Positions 55,936-64,000 of a stretch of DNA of 64,000 nt are shown here, piece after piece. Location: contig JBGVON010000052.1 of the NCBI GenBank assembly GCA_045126495.1, forward strand, positions 4,516 through 68,515, written 5' to 3'. This stretch comes from Faecousia sp. (GTDB taxonomy: Bacteria; Bacillota; Clostridia; Oscillospirales; Oscillospiraceae). Within the stretch, counting starts at the first letter, position 1. Every line of letters starts with the position of its first letter. A program made the translations under genes and the position numbers. Under the pieces are notes generated by a model. The model was not told where the DNA came from and did no database searches. It worked only from the letters and a program-made list of their open reading frames with translations.

Positions 55936-56642
55936 AGAATAAGTTCTTGGCTTTTTTGATGAAGTTGGGCGTTGTACAGTCACGGGGTATTTATTACATC
56001 GGCGGCGCCGATGTGCTGCCGCCGCCGCTGAAAGGGGAGGACGAGCAGGTGGCATTGGCAGGGTTGGAGCAGGGAGACGATGCAGCCAAGCAGCTGCTTA
56101 TTGAACGAAATTTGCGTTTGGTGGTGTTTATCGCCCGTCGGTTTGAAAATACCGGTGTCAATCTGGAAGATCTCATCTCCATCGGTACCATCGGACTGAT
56201 CAAAGCCATCAATACCTATCGTCGGGACAAGAACATTAAACTGGCAACCTATGCTTCCAGGTGTATTGAAAACGAAATTTTGATGCACATACGAAAAATA
56301 TCCTCTCAAAAGACGGAGGTTTCTTTGGATGAGCCTATCAATATGGACTATGACGGTAATGAATTGCTGCTTTCGGATATTTTGGGCACGGATGAGGATT
56401 TGATCTTTCGCCCGCTGGAAGAGGATGTGGACCTGTGTGTGCTGCGACAAGCAGTCAAGGATCTGCCGGAACGGGAGCGGGAAATCGTGGTGATGCGCTT
56501 TGGACTTTACGGACACAAGGAGTTGACCCAAAAGGAGGTGGCCCAATATATGGGCATTTCACAGTCCTATATTTCCCGTTTGGAAAAGCGGATTATGCTG
56601 AAATTGCGAAAAGAACTGCTGCGTCAGACCACCTGCGCATAA
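55932..56642 (+). CDS. sigE: Sporulation sigma factor E (pro-form)
   Basis: Pro-peptide, [51 protein letters not shown]. Downstream of spoIIGA. Confidence 0.95.
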   Translation: MKNKFLAFLMKLGVVQSRGIYYIGGADVLPPPLKGEDEQVALAGLEQGDDAAKQLLIERNLRLVVFIARRFENTGVNLEDLISIGTIGLIKAINTYRRDKNIKLATYASRCIENEILMHIRKISSQKTEVSLDEPINMDYDGNELLLSDILGTDEDLIFRPLEEDVDLCVLRQAVKDLPEREREIVVMRFGLYGHKELTQKEVAQYMGISQSYISRLEKRIMLKLRKELLRQTTCA

Positions 56643-56647
56643 AAATC

Positions 56648-56676
56648 TTGAATTATAGAATACGGTATGCTATAAT
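56648..56676 (+). promoter_or_regulatory. SigA-type promoter of rex
   Basis: TTGAAT-17 bp-TATAAT with an extended TG. Confidence 0.7.
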
Positions 56677-56720
56677 TAAAAAGATATATGTAAAAATATA
56701 GATATCTAAGGATGATATTT

Positions 56721-57395
56721 ATGGAATGTAAAGAGATTTCCAAGTCTGTATTAAAGCGCTTGCCGGTATATTTGTCTTATTTAAAGAGCCTTCCCCAGAA
56801 TAGTGCGGCTTATATCTCCGCAACTACATTGGCAGGCGCATTGGGCATGGGGGAGGTGCAGGTCCGAAAGGATCTTGCTATGGTTTCCGATGGCGGACGC
56901 CCCAAGCTGGGTTACCTCCGGGAAAGCCTTATAGAGGATATCAGTCAATTCCTTGGCTATGATAATACAACTGATGCAATTTTGGTGGGCGCCGGTAAGC
57001 TTGGTCAGGCACTGCTGGGTTATAGCGGATTCGAGGCTTACGGACTAAATATTTTGGCGGCATTTGACGTTGCCCCCATATCGGACAAGACTGAGGACGG
57101 CAAGCCCATTCTGCCTATGGATATGCTGGAAGGTTTTTGCCGTGAGAATAAAATACTGATGGGCATTATAACTGTGCCGGCAGCTTATGCTCAGCAGGTT
57201 TGCGATCAGCTGATCGCTTGTGGCATTAAGGCCATCTGGACTTTTGCGCCTGTCCATCTGGATGTGCCGGAAAATATTTTGGTTCAAAATGAGAATATGG
57301 CAACCTCTCTTGCGGTGCTGAGTATGCACTTGCAGGCGCAAATTAAAGAGAAAAATAAAGATGATCCCAGTGATATGCACCCCAGAAGTGTTTAA
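56721..57395 (+). CDS. rex: Redox-sensing repressor Rex
   Basis: KRLPVYL.YL, QVRKDLA, GRPKLGY, VGAGKLG.AL, GIKAIWTFAP. Confidence 0.93.
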   Translation: MECKEISKSVLKRLPVYLSYLKSLPQNSAAYISATTLAGALGMGEVQVRKDLAMVSDGGRPKLGYLRESLIEDISQFLGYDNTTDAILVGAGKLGQALLGYSGFEAYGLNILAAFDVAPISDKTEDGKPILPMDMLEGFCRENKILMGIITVPAAYAQQVCDQLIACGIKAIWTFAPVHLDVPENILVQNENMATSLAVLSMHLQAQIKEKNKDDPSDMHPRSV

Positions 57396-57413
57396 CTTTT
57401 GGGGTGCATATCA
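57371..57413. terminator. Long hairpin overlapping the rex 3' end
   Basis: TGATATGCACCCCAGAAGT-GTTTA-ACTTTTGGGGTGCATATCA. Confidence 0.6.
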
Positions 57414-57462
57414 CATCGTAGCAAAATTCTACAATATGGCAAGTGTTTTTTGTAGATATCTC

Positions 57463-57490
57463 TTGACAAAATTTTTATATAGTGTATACT
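57463..57490 (+). promoter_or_regulatory. SigA-type promoter of the glyA leader
   Basis: TTGACA-16 bp-TATACT. Confidence 0.6.
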
Positions 57491-57552
57491 ATTTTTAACA
57501 GCCAAATAACCGGTGAAACCTTCGGATATGATAATGCAGAACCGGAGGCGGA

Positions 57553-57631
57553 GGACTCTCTGGAGAACACATTTAGTTGTGTGCCGAAGGTGCAAGGCTA
57601 AGGCCGAATCTCTCAGGCAAATGGACGGAGA
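57553..57631 (+). ncRNA. Glycine riboswitch, single aptamer
   Basis: CTCTGGAGA...GCCGAAGGTGCAA...AATCTCTCAGGCAAATGGAC matches the glycine aptamer core. Sits upstream of glyA. Confidence 0.85.
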
Positions 57632-57665
57632 TACCGCAAGTGTTTTGTCCTTGTGGTGCATGTTG

Positions 57666-57695
57666 CAGACAGTCTTCTTAGATTGTCTGTTTTTT
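57666..57695 (+). terminator. Leader terminator (riboswitch expression platform)
   Basis: CAGACAGTC-TTCTTA-GATTGTCTG followed by TTTTTT, lying between the aptamer and the glyA RBS. Confidence 0.75.
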
Positions 57696-57727
57696 GTTTG
57701 TATTTTTTTAGAAAGAAGGATATGATT

Positions 57728-58981
57728 ATGCTCTCGAAAACCTTAGATTCTATTGGCTTTGTTGCCCAGTATGATGCGGAAGTTGCTGCGATGATGAATA
57801 AGGAATTTGTCCGTCAGCAGGATGGTTTGGAATTGATCGCATCGGAGAATTTTGCGTCTCCCGCGGTGATTGCCGCTATGGGCTCTGTGCTGACCAACAA
57901 ATATGCGGAGGGCTTGCCCGGTAAGCGGTACTACGGCGGTTGTCAGCATGTGGACGAGCTGGAAAGTCTGTGTATTCAAAGAGCCAAGGACTTGTTTGGT
58001 GCGGAGTTTGCCAATGTGCAGCCCCACTCCGGCGCGCAGGCCAATATGGCAGTGGAGCTGGCTTTCCTGAACCCCGGTGATACCATGATGGGTATGAGCC
58101 TTGCAAACGGCGGTCACTTGTCTCACGGCAGTCCCGCTAATATTTCCGGTAAGTATTATAATGTGGTTTCCTATGATGTAAACCATGAAACCGGTCTTAT
58201 CGATTATGACCAAATTCGGGATATGGCGAAATCTTGCCGTCCCAAGCTGTTGATCGCCGGCGCATCTGCTTACCCCAGAGCCATTGATTTTAAGATCTTT
58301 GCCGATATTGCCCACGAGGTTGGCGCAGTATTTATGGTGGATATGGCGCACATCGCAGGTCTTGTTGCCGGTGGTGCCCATATGAATCCTGTGCCCTATG
58401 CCGATGTGGTTACCACCACCACCCATAAGACCCTCCGTGGCCCCCGTGGCGGCTTGATTCTGGCAAAGGAAGAGTATGCTAAGAAGCTGAATTCTGCTGT
58501 GTTCCCCGGCACCCAGGGCGGTCCTCTGGAACATATCATTGCCGCTAAGGCTATCTGCTTCAAGGAAGCGATGGCTTCTGATTTCAAGACCTATGCTGCC
58601 AATATTGTAAGCAATGCAAAGGTAATGGCCGATGCATTGTTGGATGAGGGTTTTGATTTGGTTACCGGTGGCACCGATAACCACTTGATGCTGGCAGACC
58701 TGCGTCCTATGAATATTACCGGCGCAGAGTTGCAGATTCGCTGTGATGAGAACCACATCACTCTGAATAAGAATGCAATCCCCAACGACCCCCAGAAGCC
58801 CTCTGTTACAAGCGGTGTCCGTATCGGTACTGCTGCCGTTACCACCCGCGGCTTGGGTGCTCCGGAAATGGAGAAAATTGCCCACTGTATCGCTTTGACC
58901 GCTCGTGACTTTGAGGGTACGAAAAAAGAGGTCAAAGAGACGGTTGCATCCATCTGCGAAGAATTCCCCCTGTATAAATAA
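57728..58981 (+). CDS. glyA: Serine hydroxymethyltransferase
   Basis: [57 protein letters not shown]. Confidence 0.98.
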   Translation: MLSKTLDSIGFVAQYDAEVAAMMNKEFVRQQDGLELIASENFASPAVIAAMGSVLTNKYAEGLPGKRYYGGCQHVDELESLCIQRAKDLFGAEFANVQPHSGAQANMAVELAFLNPGDTMMGMSLANGGHLSHGSPANISGKYYNVVSYDVNHETGLIDYDQIRDMAKSCRPKLLIAGASAYPRAIDFKIFADIAHEVGAVFMVDMAHIAGLVAGGAHMNPVPYADVVTTTTHKTLRGPRGGLILAKEEYAKKLNSAVFPGTQGGPLEHIIAAKAICFKEAMASDFKTYAANIVSNAKVMADALLDEGFDLVTGGTDNHLMLADLRPMNITGAELQIRCDENHITLNKNAIPNDPQKPSVTSGVRIGTAAVTTRGLGAPEMEKIAHCIALTARDFEGTKKEVKETVASICEEFPLYK

Positions 58982-58995
58982 TCGCAATTTAAGTG

Positions 58996-59033
58996 AAAGA
59001 CCGCATTTGTCCAGATAGACAAATGCGGTCTTT
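58996..59033. terminator. Bidirectional terminator between glyA and the tRNA-Ala locus
   Basis: AAAGACCGCATTTGTC-CAGATA-GACAAATGCGGTCTTT, a perfect 16-bp stem. Confidence 0.88.
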
Positions 59034-59034
59034 T

Positions 59035-59183
59035 TGGTGGACCTGATCGGATTCGTTTAATCAATGTTCGCCTCCGTCAAGCCGTCGGCGGTAACGCTCG
59101 TCCGCATTACATTTGTACTTTCGAATCCGCTCGGCACAAATATCGTACCAATAAAAGACCACCCTAAAAGGGTGGTCTTTTAT
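59035..59183 (-). repeat. tRNA-Ala-linked mirror element (149-bp period)
   Basis: 59035-59055 is an exact copy of 59184-59204 (C56 to CCA on the minus strand). Inverted T-loop copy at 59120-59129. Core 59059-59114 is 43/56 identical to 16198-16253. Confidence 0.9.
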
Positions 59184-59259
59184 TGGTGGACCTGATCGGA
59201 TTCGAACCGACGACCCCCACAATGCGAATGTGATGCGCTCCCAACTGCGCTACAGGCCC
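59184..59259 (-). tRNA. tRNA-Ala(CGC)
   Basis: 76-nt cloverleaf on the minus strand, anticodon loop TTCGCAT, G3:U70 alanine determinant, encoded CCA. Confidence 0.96.
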
Positions 59260-59273
59260 GTGACTCCAAGGAA

Positions 59274-59302
59274 ATTATAGTCATAAAAGTACTGTTTGTC
59301 AA
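59274..59302 (-). promoter_or_regulatory. Consensus SigA promoter of tRNA-Ala
   Basis: TTGACA-17 bp-TATAAT with an extended TG on the minus strand. Confidence 0.88.
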
Positions 59303-59319
59303 ATGCTTTCTTAAAAAGT

Positions 59320-59350
59320 TTACCACGGGCAGAAAATCTGCCCGTGGTAA
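59320..59350 (-). terminator. Terminator of the beta-propeller gene
   Basis: TTACCACGGGCAGA-AAA-TCTGCCCGTGGTAA, a perfect 14-bp stem. Confidence 0.8.
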
Positions 59351-59358
59351 AGTGGTTA

Positions 59359-61524
59359 TTATAGTTTCATTACGTGGACTTCTGCGATTCGATCACTGCT
59401 GCCGATGGCTAAATATTGCTCATCAGGGGACAGGGTAATGCTGGACAAAATGTTTGCAACAGTAGGACCGTCAAAGTAGCCATGGACATTGTAGTTGATA
59501 ATACCCATCTGACGCAGACCGTTCTTATCATCATATTGGAAGAGATAGCCCAGATCTTCGTCATCACCGGCAACGCCCCACAGGTGGGTTTTGTCCTTGT
59601 TGGTGCACATGGAACGGATCGGCCCGTAGGCAGCGGCATTGCCCAGATTGAATACCTTGCCGTCGGGGGATACGATAGCAGCCAGAGCATCCAATGTTCC
59701 TACAAACTTTTTGCCGTCCTTCCAGTCCACAACACAGGATGCCTTTGCACGATATCGACGACCGGTGGCTTCGGGCAGTTTGATGTTGTCGTCGAAGTTA
59801 ACGGGTTGGGGCAGAATGTTCTCCCTGAGCCAAGTCTTATAGCTTTCATCGATCTCATCAAAACGTTTGACAGAGGTAACAGTACCGTCTACAAGCTCCA
59901 TAACAAAGGCAGCGCTGTCGAAACAACCGCTTTTGCCGGAGACCACATGGAGCTTCCAGCGGTAGTCCTTGGATACCTTGTCAAATGCCATGCCGATAAC
60001 CTTGGAGTCTTCAACTTCCAAGCGAGGTATGCTTCTCCAAATGCGGATTGCCTCCACCTTGGAGGGCGGGAATGCTTGGAAGGGGTTGTCTTCCGAGTTT
60101 TCTTCCATGGTTTGCTTTTCCAACGCCTGCCGATATCTTTCAATCTCTTCCGGTGTTCTGCATTGGATCTGAACACGAGGATCTTCTGTAACAGGGCCGC
60201 GTTCCCGATAGACCTTACGGAATTGGGACAAATCCACACAGCCAGCAGAGGGACGGACAGTGGAAAGGGGTTCTTTTGTAACCTCGTCTACCCAGTAAAG
60301 ACGGTCGTTTACATCATCATATTCCATCTCAGTGATGTAATGCTGTACACGTTCGGGTTTGCCAAATAAACCGCAACAGTAGGGCTCCTCGCCGTTGTCC
60401 GGATCCCAGCGGATCAAATAAGTACGGGTGGGGTGGGTGAACTCGGTGTCGTTGTGCATGGAGTTGCCGGACAGAGCAACCCACAAAACGCCCTCTTTGT
60501 CAATATCAAAGCCGTGGATCCACCAGCATCCGTCCTTGGCAGGCAGCTCATACAGACCGTCCATAGGACAGGCTTTGCCCAGAGGCGTAACCTTGCCTGT
60601 GGCAAATTCCAGTTTGTACATCTGATCAAGGGCGGCGAATGCCAGATACATATACTTGCCGGAGGGGTGGTTTCTGCCCATAACAAGATAGCGATACCAG
60701 GTATAGCTCTTGTAATTATCTTTGAAGTCGGGGACATGGAATTCCAGATTTTCAAGTTCAATGGTGTCAGTATTGACCTTAAACATCTGACCAGATTTTG
60801 TGCAGCCATAGAGGTGACCGTCAGCGCCCAGCACCAGTCGATAGCAGAAGATTTCTGCAACCTTACCAAGATCTTTGATTACACAGCGTTCGTTGAAGTC
60901 GTAACAATATACGTGACCCCGTATGAAGCCAATCATGTACAGACGGTTGTGCTTGGGATCATACTTGGCGCCGTAAATGGACTCATGAGGAACCGGTGTA
61001 CCTAAGGACATGACATGGCCATTCTTCGGGTCCCAAACAATTATCTGAGAGCCGGGGAAACCTTCCCACACATGGTTATGGTGCCCAAAAAGCATGAACT
61101 CCGGGTGATGCTTTGCACGGTCGGTGCAGTGGGTAGTAGCAAGAATCAGAAAATCCTTCTCATCGTAGGGAACCTCAGGATACAGCGCGTGCCGGGGAAT
61201 GGCGTTTAAAGAAGTGTGGAATTTGGAGTGGGGAAGTTGGCGGTCATGGTGCAGCAACACTTCTTTTGAGTTAAACAAAGTGACCACTCTGTCGTTGTCA
61301 TATTCAAATCGCGCCAGTTTGCTGGAACCGCACATACCGCTTTCGGAGGAAAGTGGGAAGTAGAAGTAGCCGTCGGGGGCCACCATGCCATCCCAACAGC
61401 AGTTAGCGTCTTCGTTGCCGTCCTTGGGTGCCATCCGTGCCCGGACTCCGGTTTGGTTGATGACACGCAGCGCCTCGTCGGAGAAGCGGTCAAAAACATA
61501 TTTCTTTCCGTCAATGTTTATCAT
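59359..61524 (-). CDS. Hypothetical 721-aa cytoplasmic beta-propeller protein
   Basis: Repeated blade-like motifs (APDGYFYF, DPKHNRLY, GADGHLYG, DKEGVLWV, SPDGKVF, SPDEQYLAIG). AGGAAGGGA RBS, no signal peptide. Confidence 0.75.
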   Translation of the reverse strand: MINIDGKKYVFDRFSDEALRVINQTGVRARMAPKDGNEDANCCWDGMVAPDGYFYFPLSSESGMCGSSKLARFEYDNDRVVTLFNSKEVLLHHDRQLPHSKFHTSLNAIPRHALYPEVPYDEKDFLILATTHCTDRAKHHPEFMLFGHHNHVWEGFPGSQIIVWDPKNGHVMSLGTPVPHESIYGAKYDPKHNRLYMIGFIRGHVYCYDFNERCVIKDLGKVAEIFCYRLVLGADGHLYGCTKSGQMFKVNTDTIELENLEFHVPDFKDNYKSYTWYRYLVMGRNHPSGKYMYLAFAALDQMYKLEFATGKVTPLGKACPMDGLYELPAKDGCWWIHGFDIDKEGVLWVALSGNSMHNDTEFTHPTRTYLIRWDPDNGEEPYCCGLFGKPERVQHYITEMEYDDVNDRLYWVDEVTKEPLSTVRPSAGCVDLSQFRKVYRERGPVTEDPRVQIQCRTPEEIERYRQALEKQTMEENSEDNPFQAFPPSKVEAIRIWRSIPRLEVEDSKVIGMAFDKVSKDYRWKLHVVSGKSGCFDSAAFVMELVDGTVTSVKRFDEIDESYKTWLRENILPQPVNFDDNIKLPEATGRRYRAKASCVVDWKDGKKFVGTLDALAAIVSPDGKVFNLGNAAAYGPIRSMCTNKDKTHLWGVAGDDEDLGYLFQYDDKNGLRQMGIINYNVHGYFDGPTVANILSSITLSPDEQYLAIGSSDRIAEVHVMKL

Positions 61525-61605
61525 AATTTTTCCCTTCCTTTACCAGTAGTCAGTGGTGGAAAATGTAGCGATACGTGGGAAAATACCCACAATTTGCTAG
61601 TATTT

Positions 61606-61634
61606 ATCATAGCCCATACAGACAGAAAAGTCAA
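61606..61634 (-). promoter_or_regulatory. SigA-type promoter of the beta-propeller gene
   Basis: TTGACT-17 bp-TATGAT on the minus strand. Confidence 0.65.
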
Positions 61635-61717
61635 ATACAATTTCCGCAGATAACACAGGTTCCATTTTGGATTTTAATGTGTTATAATAACAAATATGGG
61701 TTTAAAGGAGTGTTACT

Positions 61718-63673
61718 ATGGATTTGCTGGAAGCCCGTGAAGAATATCAGAAGGCAAGACGTCTGGCGCAGAAAGAAGTCCGTGAACTGCGTTCTCAGGG
61801 AAAGGATACCGCCCCTGCGGTTCTGGAAGATATTCTGGGAGAAACCTATACATTGACCACGCAGGATATCGGTATTGTGAATATTCCTACTCACCGGATC
61901 GTGGGCACAAAAACCGCGGGACGGATCTCGGCATTTTCCGCAGGTTTTTTGCCCCTGCTGGATACAGAGACGGAGTTTGCCCAGAAGTGGATGCATCTGT
62001 GCGCTGACCACATGTCCGATGAGGGGATTCGTAACCCCATCGTCTGCTATGAGTATCTTGGCAATTTCTATGTACAGGAGGGAAATAAGCGGGTCAGTGT
62101 GCTGCGTTATTTTGGTTCTTCCCAAATCCCCGGAACAGTGTATCGGATCTTGCCGGAGCAGAGCGAAGATCCTCATATTCAGGCGTATTTTGAATTTCTC
62201 ACCTTTTATAAAGCCACCGGCATGTATGATGTGCAGTTCCGTCAGCCGGGCGATTATGAAAAGCTTGCAGCGTATCTGGGGAAAGAACCGGAAGAAGTGT
62301 GGACAGAGCAGGAAAGACGGACCTTCCGGGCGTATTTCCGGTATTTTAAGGAAGCGTTTGATGCCCTTCACGGTGAAAAATTAGACTTACTGCCGGAGGA
62401 AGCGCTCCTTCTGTGGTTGAAGGTGTATTCTTTCCGGGATCTGGGGTCAAAATCCGCCGACGAGATTAAGCAGGCGCTGGCAGCACTGTGGGACGATGTG
62501 ATCTCCCTGTCACAGGAGACACCGGTGCAGGTGGAAACCGAGGCGGATACGGAAGGTAAGGGCGGCATTCTCAATATGCTGCTGCCTACTGGTTTCAATT
62601 CTTTGCATGTGGCTTTTGTGTATCAGCTGCATCCGGATATCAGCACTTGGGCAAAGGGACATGAGGAAGGCGCGGAATATGTGTATAAAGTCTTGTCTGA
62701 CCGGATTACCGTGAAGCATTATTATCATGCCGACTCGCCGGAGGAAGCGGAGGCACTGCTGGAACAGGCGGTGCAGGAGGGGGCCAACGTGGTATTCTCC
62801 ACCACTCCCAAGCTCAGTCGTCCTACCCTGAAAATGGCGGTGAAATACCCTCGGGTGCGGTTTCTGAATTGTTCGGTGGACGCGCCCTATTCCAGTGTCC
62901 GTACCTATTACAGCCGGGTTTACGAGGGCAAGTTTATCACCGGTGCGATTGCCGGCGCCATGGCAAACAATGATCGCATCGGTTATGTGGGCTCGTATCC
63001 TATTTTGGGTGTTCCTGCATCTATCAACGCCTTTGCTCTGGGCGCGCAGTTGACCAATCCCCGGGCGAAGATCACCCTGCGCTGGTCCTGTATGGGTGGC
63101 AATCCCGTGGAGGATTTTATCCAAAGCGGTATTAACGTCATTTCCAACCGGGATGTGCCCACGCCGGACAGAAAGTATCTGGAACACGGCACCTATGGCA
63201 CCTATCTGGTGGAGGACGGTATCTTGCAGCCGTTGGGTTCTCCTTGTTGGTTGTGGGGGCATTTCTATGAGAATGTCATTCGCTCCATACTTAACGGCAG
63301 TTGGGATAGGGACAAAGGCAACCGTCACGCGGTGAATTACTGGTGGGGCATGGACAGCGGCGTTATCGACGTGAAATTGGCCCACGGCATACCGGAGGGG
63401 ATGTTGCAGCTGACCAACATGCTTCGGGACGGTCTGCGAAACGGCACACTGGATCCTTTCCGCAGACGGCTGGTAGCCCAGGACGGACGGGTTATGAACC
63501 CTGGTGAAAACGTTCTTTCTCCTGAGGAGCTGCTGCACATGGATTGGCTGTGCGAGAATGTAGAGGGGTGTATTCCGCCCTTTGAGGAGATCGCGCCCTT
63601 TGCCCGGGATATGGTCCGGGAACTGGGTGTTTATCGGGATTCCATTCCCATGGAAAAGGAGGGAACGCTGTGA
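61718..63673 (+). CDS. ParB/Srx-like N-terminal domain fused to a BMP/PnrA-type binding domain, no signal peptide
   Basis: N-terminus IP...IVGT..AGR...F...FLP, PI..YEY.G.FYVQEGNKRVSV; C-terminus YSRVYEGKFITGAIAG, RIGYV, INAFALGA, WGMDSGVID. Confidence 0.72.
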   Translation: MDLLEAREEYQKARRLAQKEVRELRSQGKDTAPAVLEDILGETYTLTTQDIGIVNIPTHRIVGTKTAGRISAFSAGFLPLLDTETEFAQKWMHLCADHMSDEGIRNPIVCYEYLGNFYVQEGNKRVSVLRYFGSSQIPGTVYRILPEQSEDPHIQAYFEFLTFYKATGMYDVQFRQPGDYEKLAAYLGKEPEEVWTEQERRTFRAYFRYFKEAFDALHGEKLDLLPEEALLLWLKVYSFRDLGSKSADEIKQALAALWDDVISLSQETPVQVETEADTEGKGGILNMLLPTGFNSLHVAFVYQLHPDISTWAKGHEEGAEYVYKVLSDRITVKHYYHADSPEEAEALLEQAVQEGANVVFSTTPKLSRPTLKMAVKYPRVRFLNCSVDAPYSSVRTYYSRVYEGKFITGAIAGAMANNDRIGYVGSYPILGVPASINAFALGAQLTNPRAKITLRWSCMGGNPVEDFIQSGINVISNRDVPTPDRKYLEHGTYGTYLVEDGILQPLGSPCWLWGHFYENVIRSILNGSWDRDKGNRHAVNYWWGMDSGVIDVKLAHGIPEGMLQLTNMLRDGLRNGTLDPFRRRLVAQDGRVMNPGENVLSPEELLHMDWLCENVEGCIPPFEEIAPFARDMVRELGVYRDSIPMEKEGTL

Positions 63674-64000
63674 AAATTTTGACCTTGTCCGACGAAGTCT
63701 CTCCCGGTCTGTATGACTATTACGTCCCCGGCAAACTGGATGGCTATGATCTGTTGATCTCCTGCGGCGATTTAAAACCCCAGTACTTATCGTTTTTAGT
63801 AACCATGACAAGGGTGCCTCTTTTGTATGTTCACGGCAACCACGACGGTATTTACGAAAAAAGACCGCCGGAGGGGTGCGACTGCATTGAGGACAAGCTG
63901 GTGGTCTATAAAGGTCTGCGGATATTGGGACTTGGGGGCAGTCCCCGTTACAGTCCCGGTCCGCACCAATATACCGAAAGGGAAATGCGCTGGCGTATTT
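63670..64000 (+). CDS. Metallophosphoesterase (calcineurin-like), 3'-truncated; absent from the ORF track
   Basis: Translated by hand from GTG 63670: MKILTLSDE...DLLISCGDL...YVHGNHD...LGGS.RY. GTGA overlap with the upstream stop. Confidence 0.85.
   Translation, partial: MKILTLSDEVSPGLYDYYVPGKLDGYDLLISCGDLKPQYLSFLVTMTRVPLLYVHGNHDGIYEKRPPEGCDCIEDKLVVYKGLRILGLGGSPRYSPGPHQYTEREMRWRI

Noticed and set aside
59035-61524. Prophage or integrative island at tRNA-Ala carrying the beta-propeller gene
   Set aside because: The duplicated att-like sequence encloses only 149 bp on the 3' side. The propeller gene is on the 5' side, and no integrase is present.

Overview
Chromosomal segment of a spore-forming Clostridia bacterium (Oscillospiraceae-like; inferred from gene content and style). 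In order: a division/cell-wall cluster (rsmH, ftsL-like, class B PBP, murE, murF, mraY, ftsW, murG, ftsQ/divIB, ftsZ); a small operon ending in hslO and an ATP-grasp gene; five tRNAs (Val, Asp, Phe, Gly, Cys); tmcAL, ackA, an LDH/MDH-family gene, yebC, nif3, trmK, nfo; an FHA-RodA fusion with a class B PBP; a SipL-like spore protein; a MarR/ABC pair; a 19-kb Gram-positive carbohydrate-utilisation locus; a CobW pair; rarA, spoIIGA, sigE, rex; a glycine riboswitch with glyA; tRNA-Ala(CGC); a 721-aa beta-propeller protein; and a ParB-like/BMP fusion followed by a truncated metallophosphoesterase. No integrase, transposase, prophage or CRISPR array was seen. The main finding is non-coding. Four of the six tRNA genes (Phe, Gly, Cys, and Ala 43 kb away) are each followed by a 114-162 bp element built the same way: an antisense copy of that same tRNA's T-loop/3' end, a hairpin core shared between loci with compensatory base changes, and a direct copy of the tRNA 3' end that always begins at T-loop C56. 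I do not recognise this as a described family, but I could not run any search. Its mechanism is inference only.
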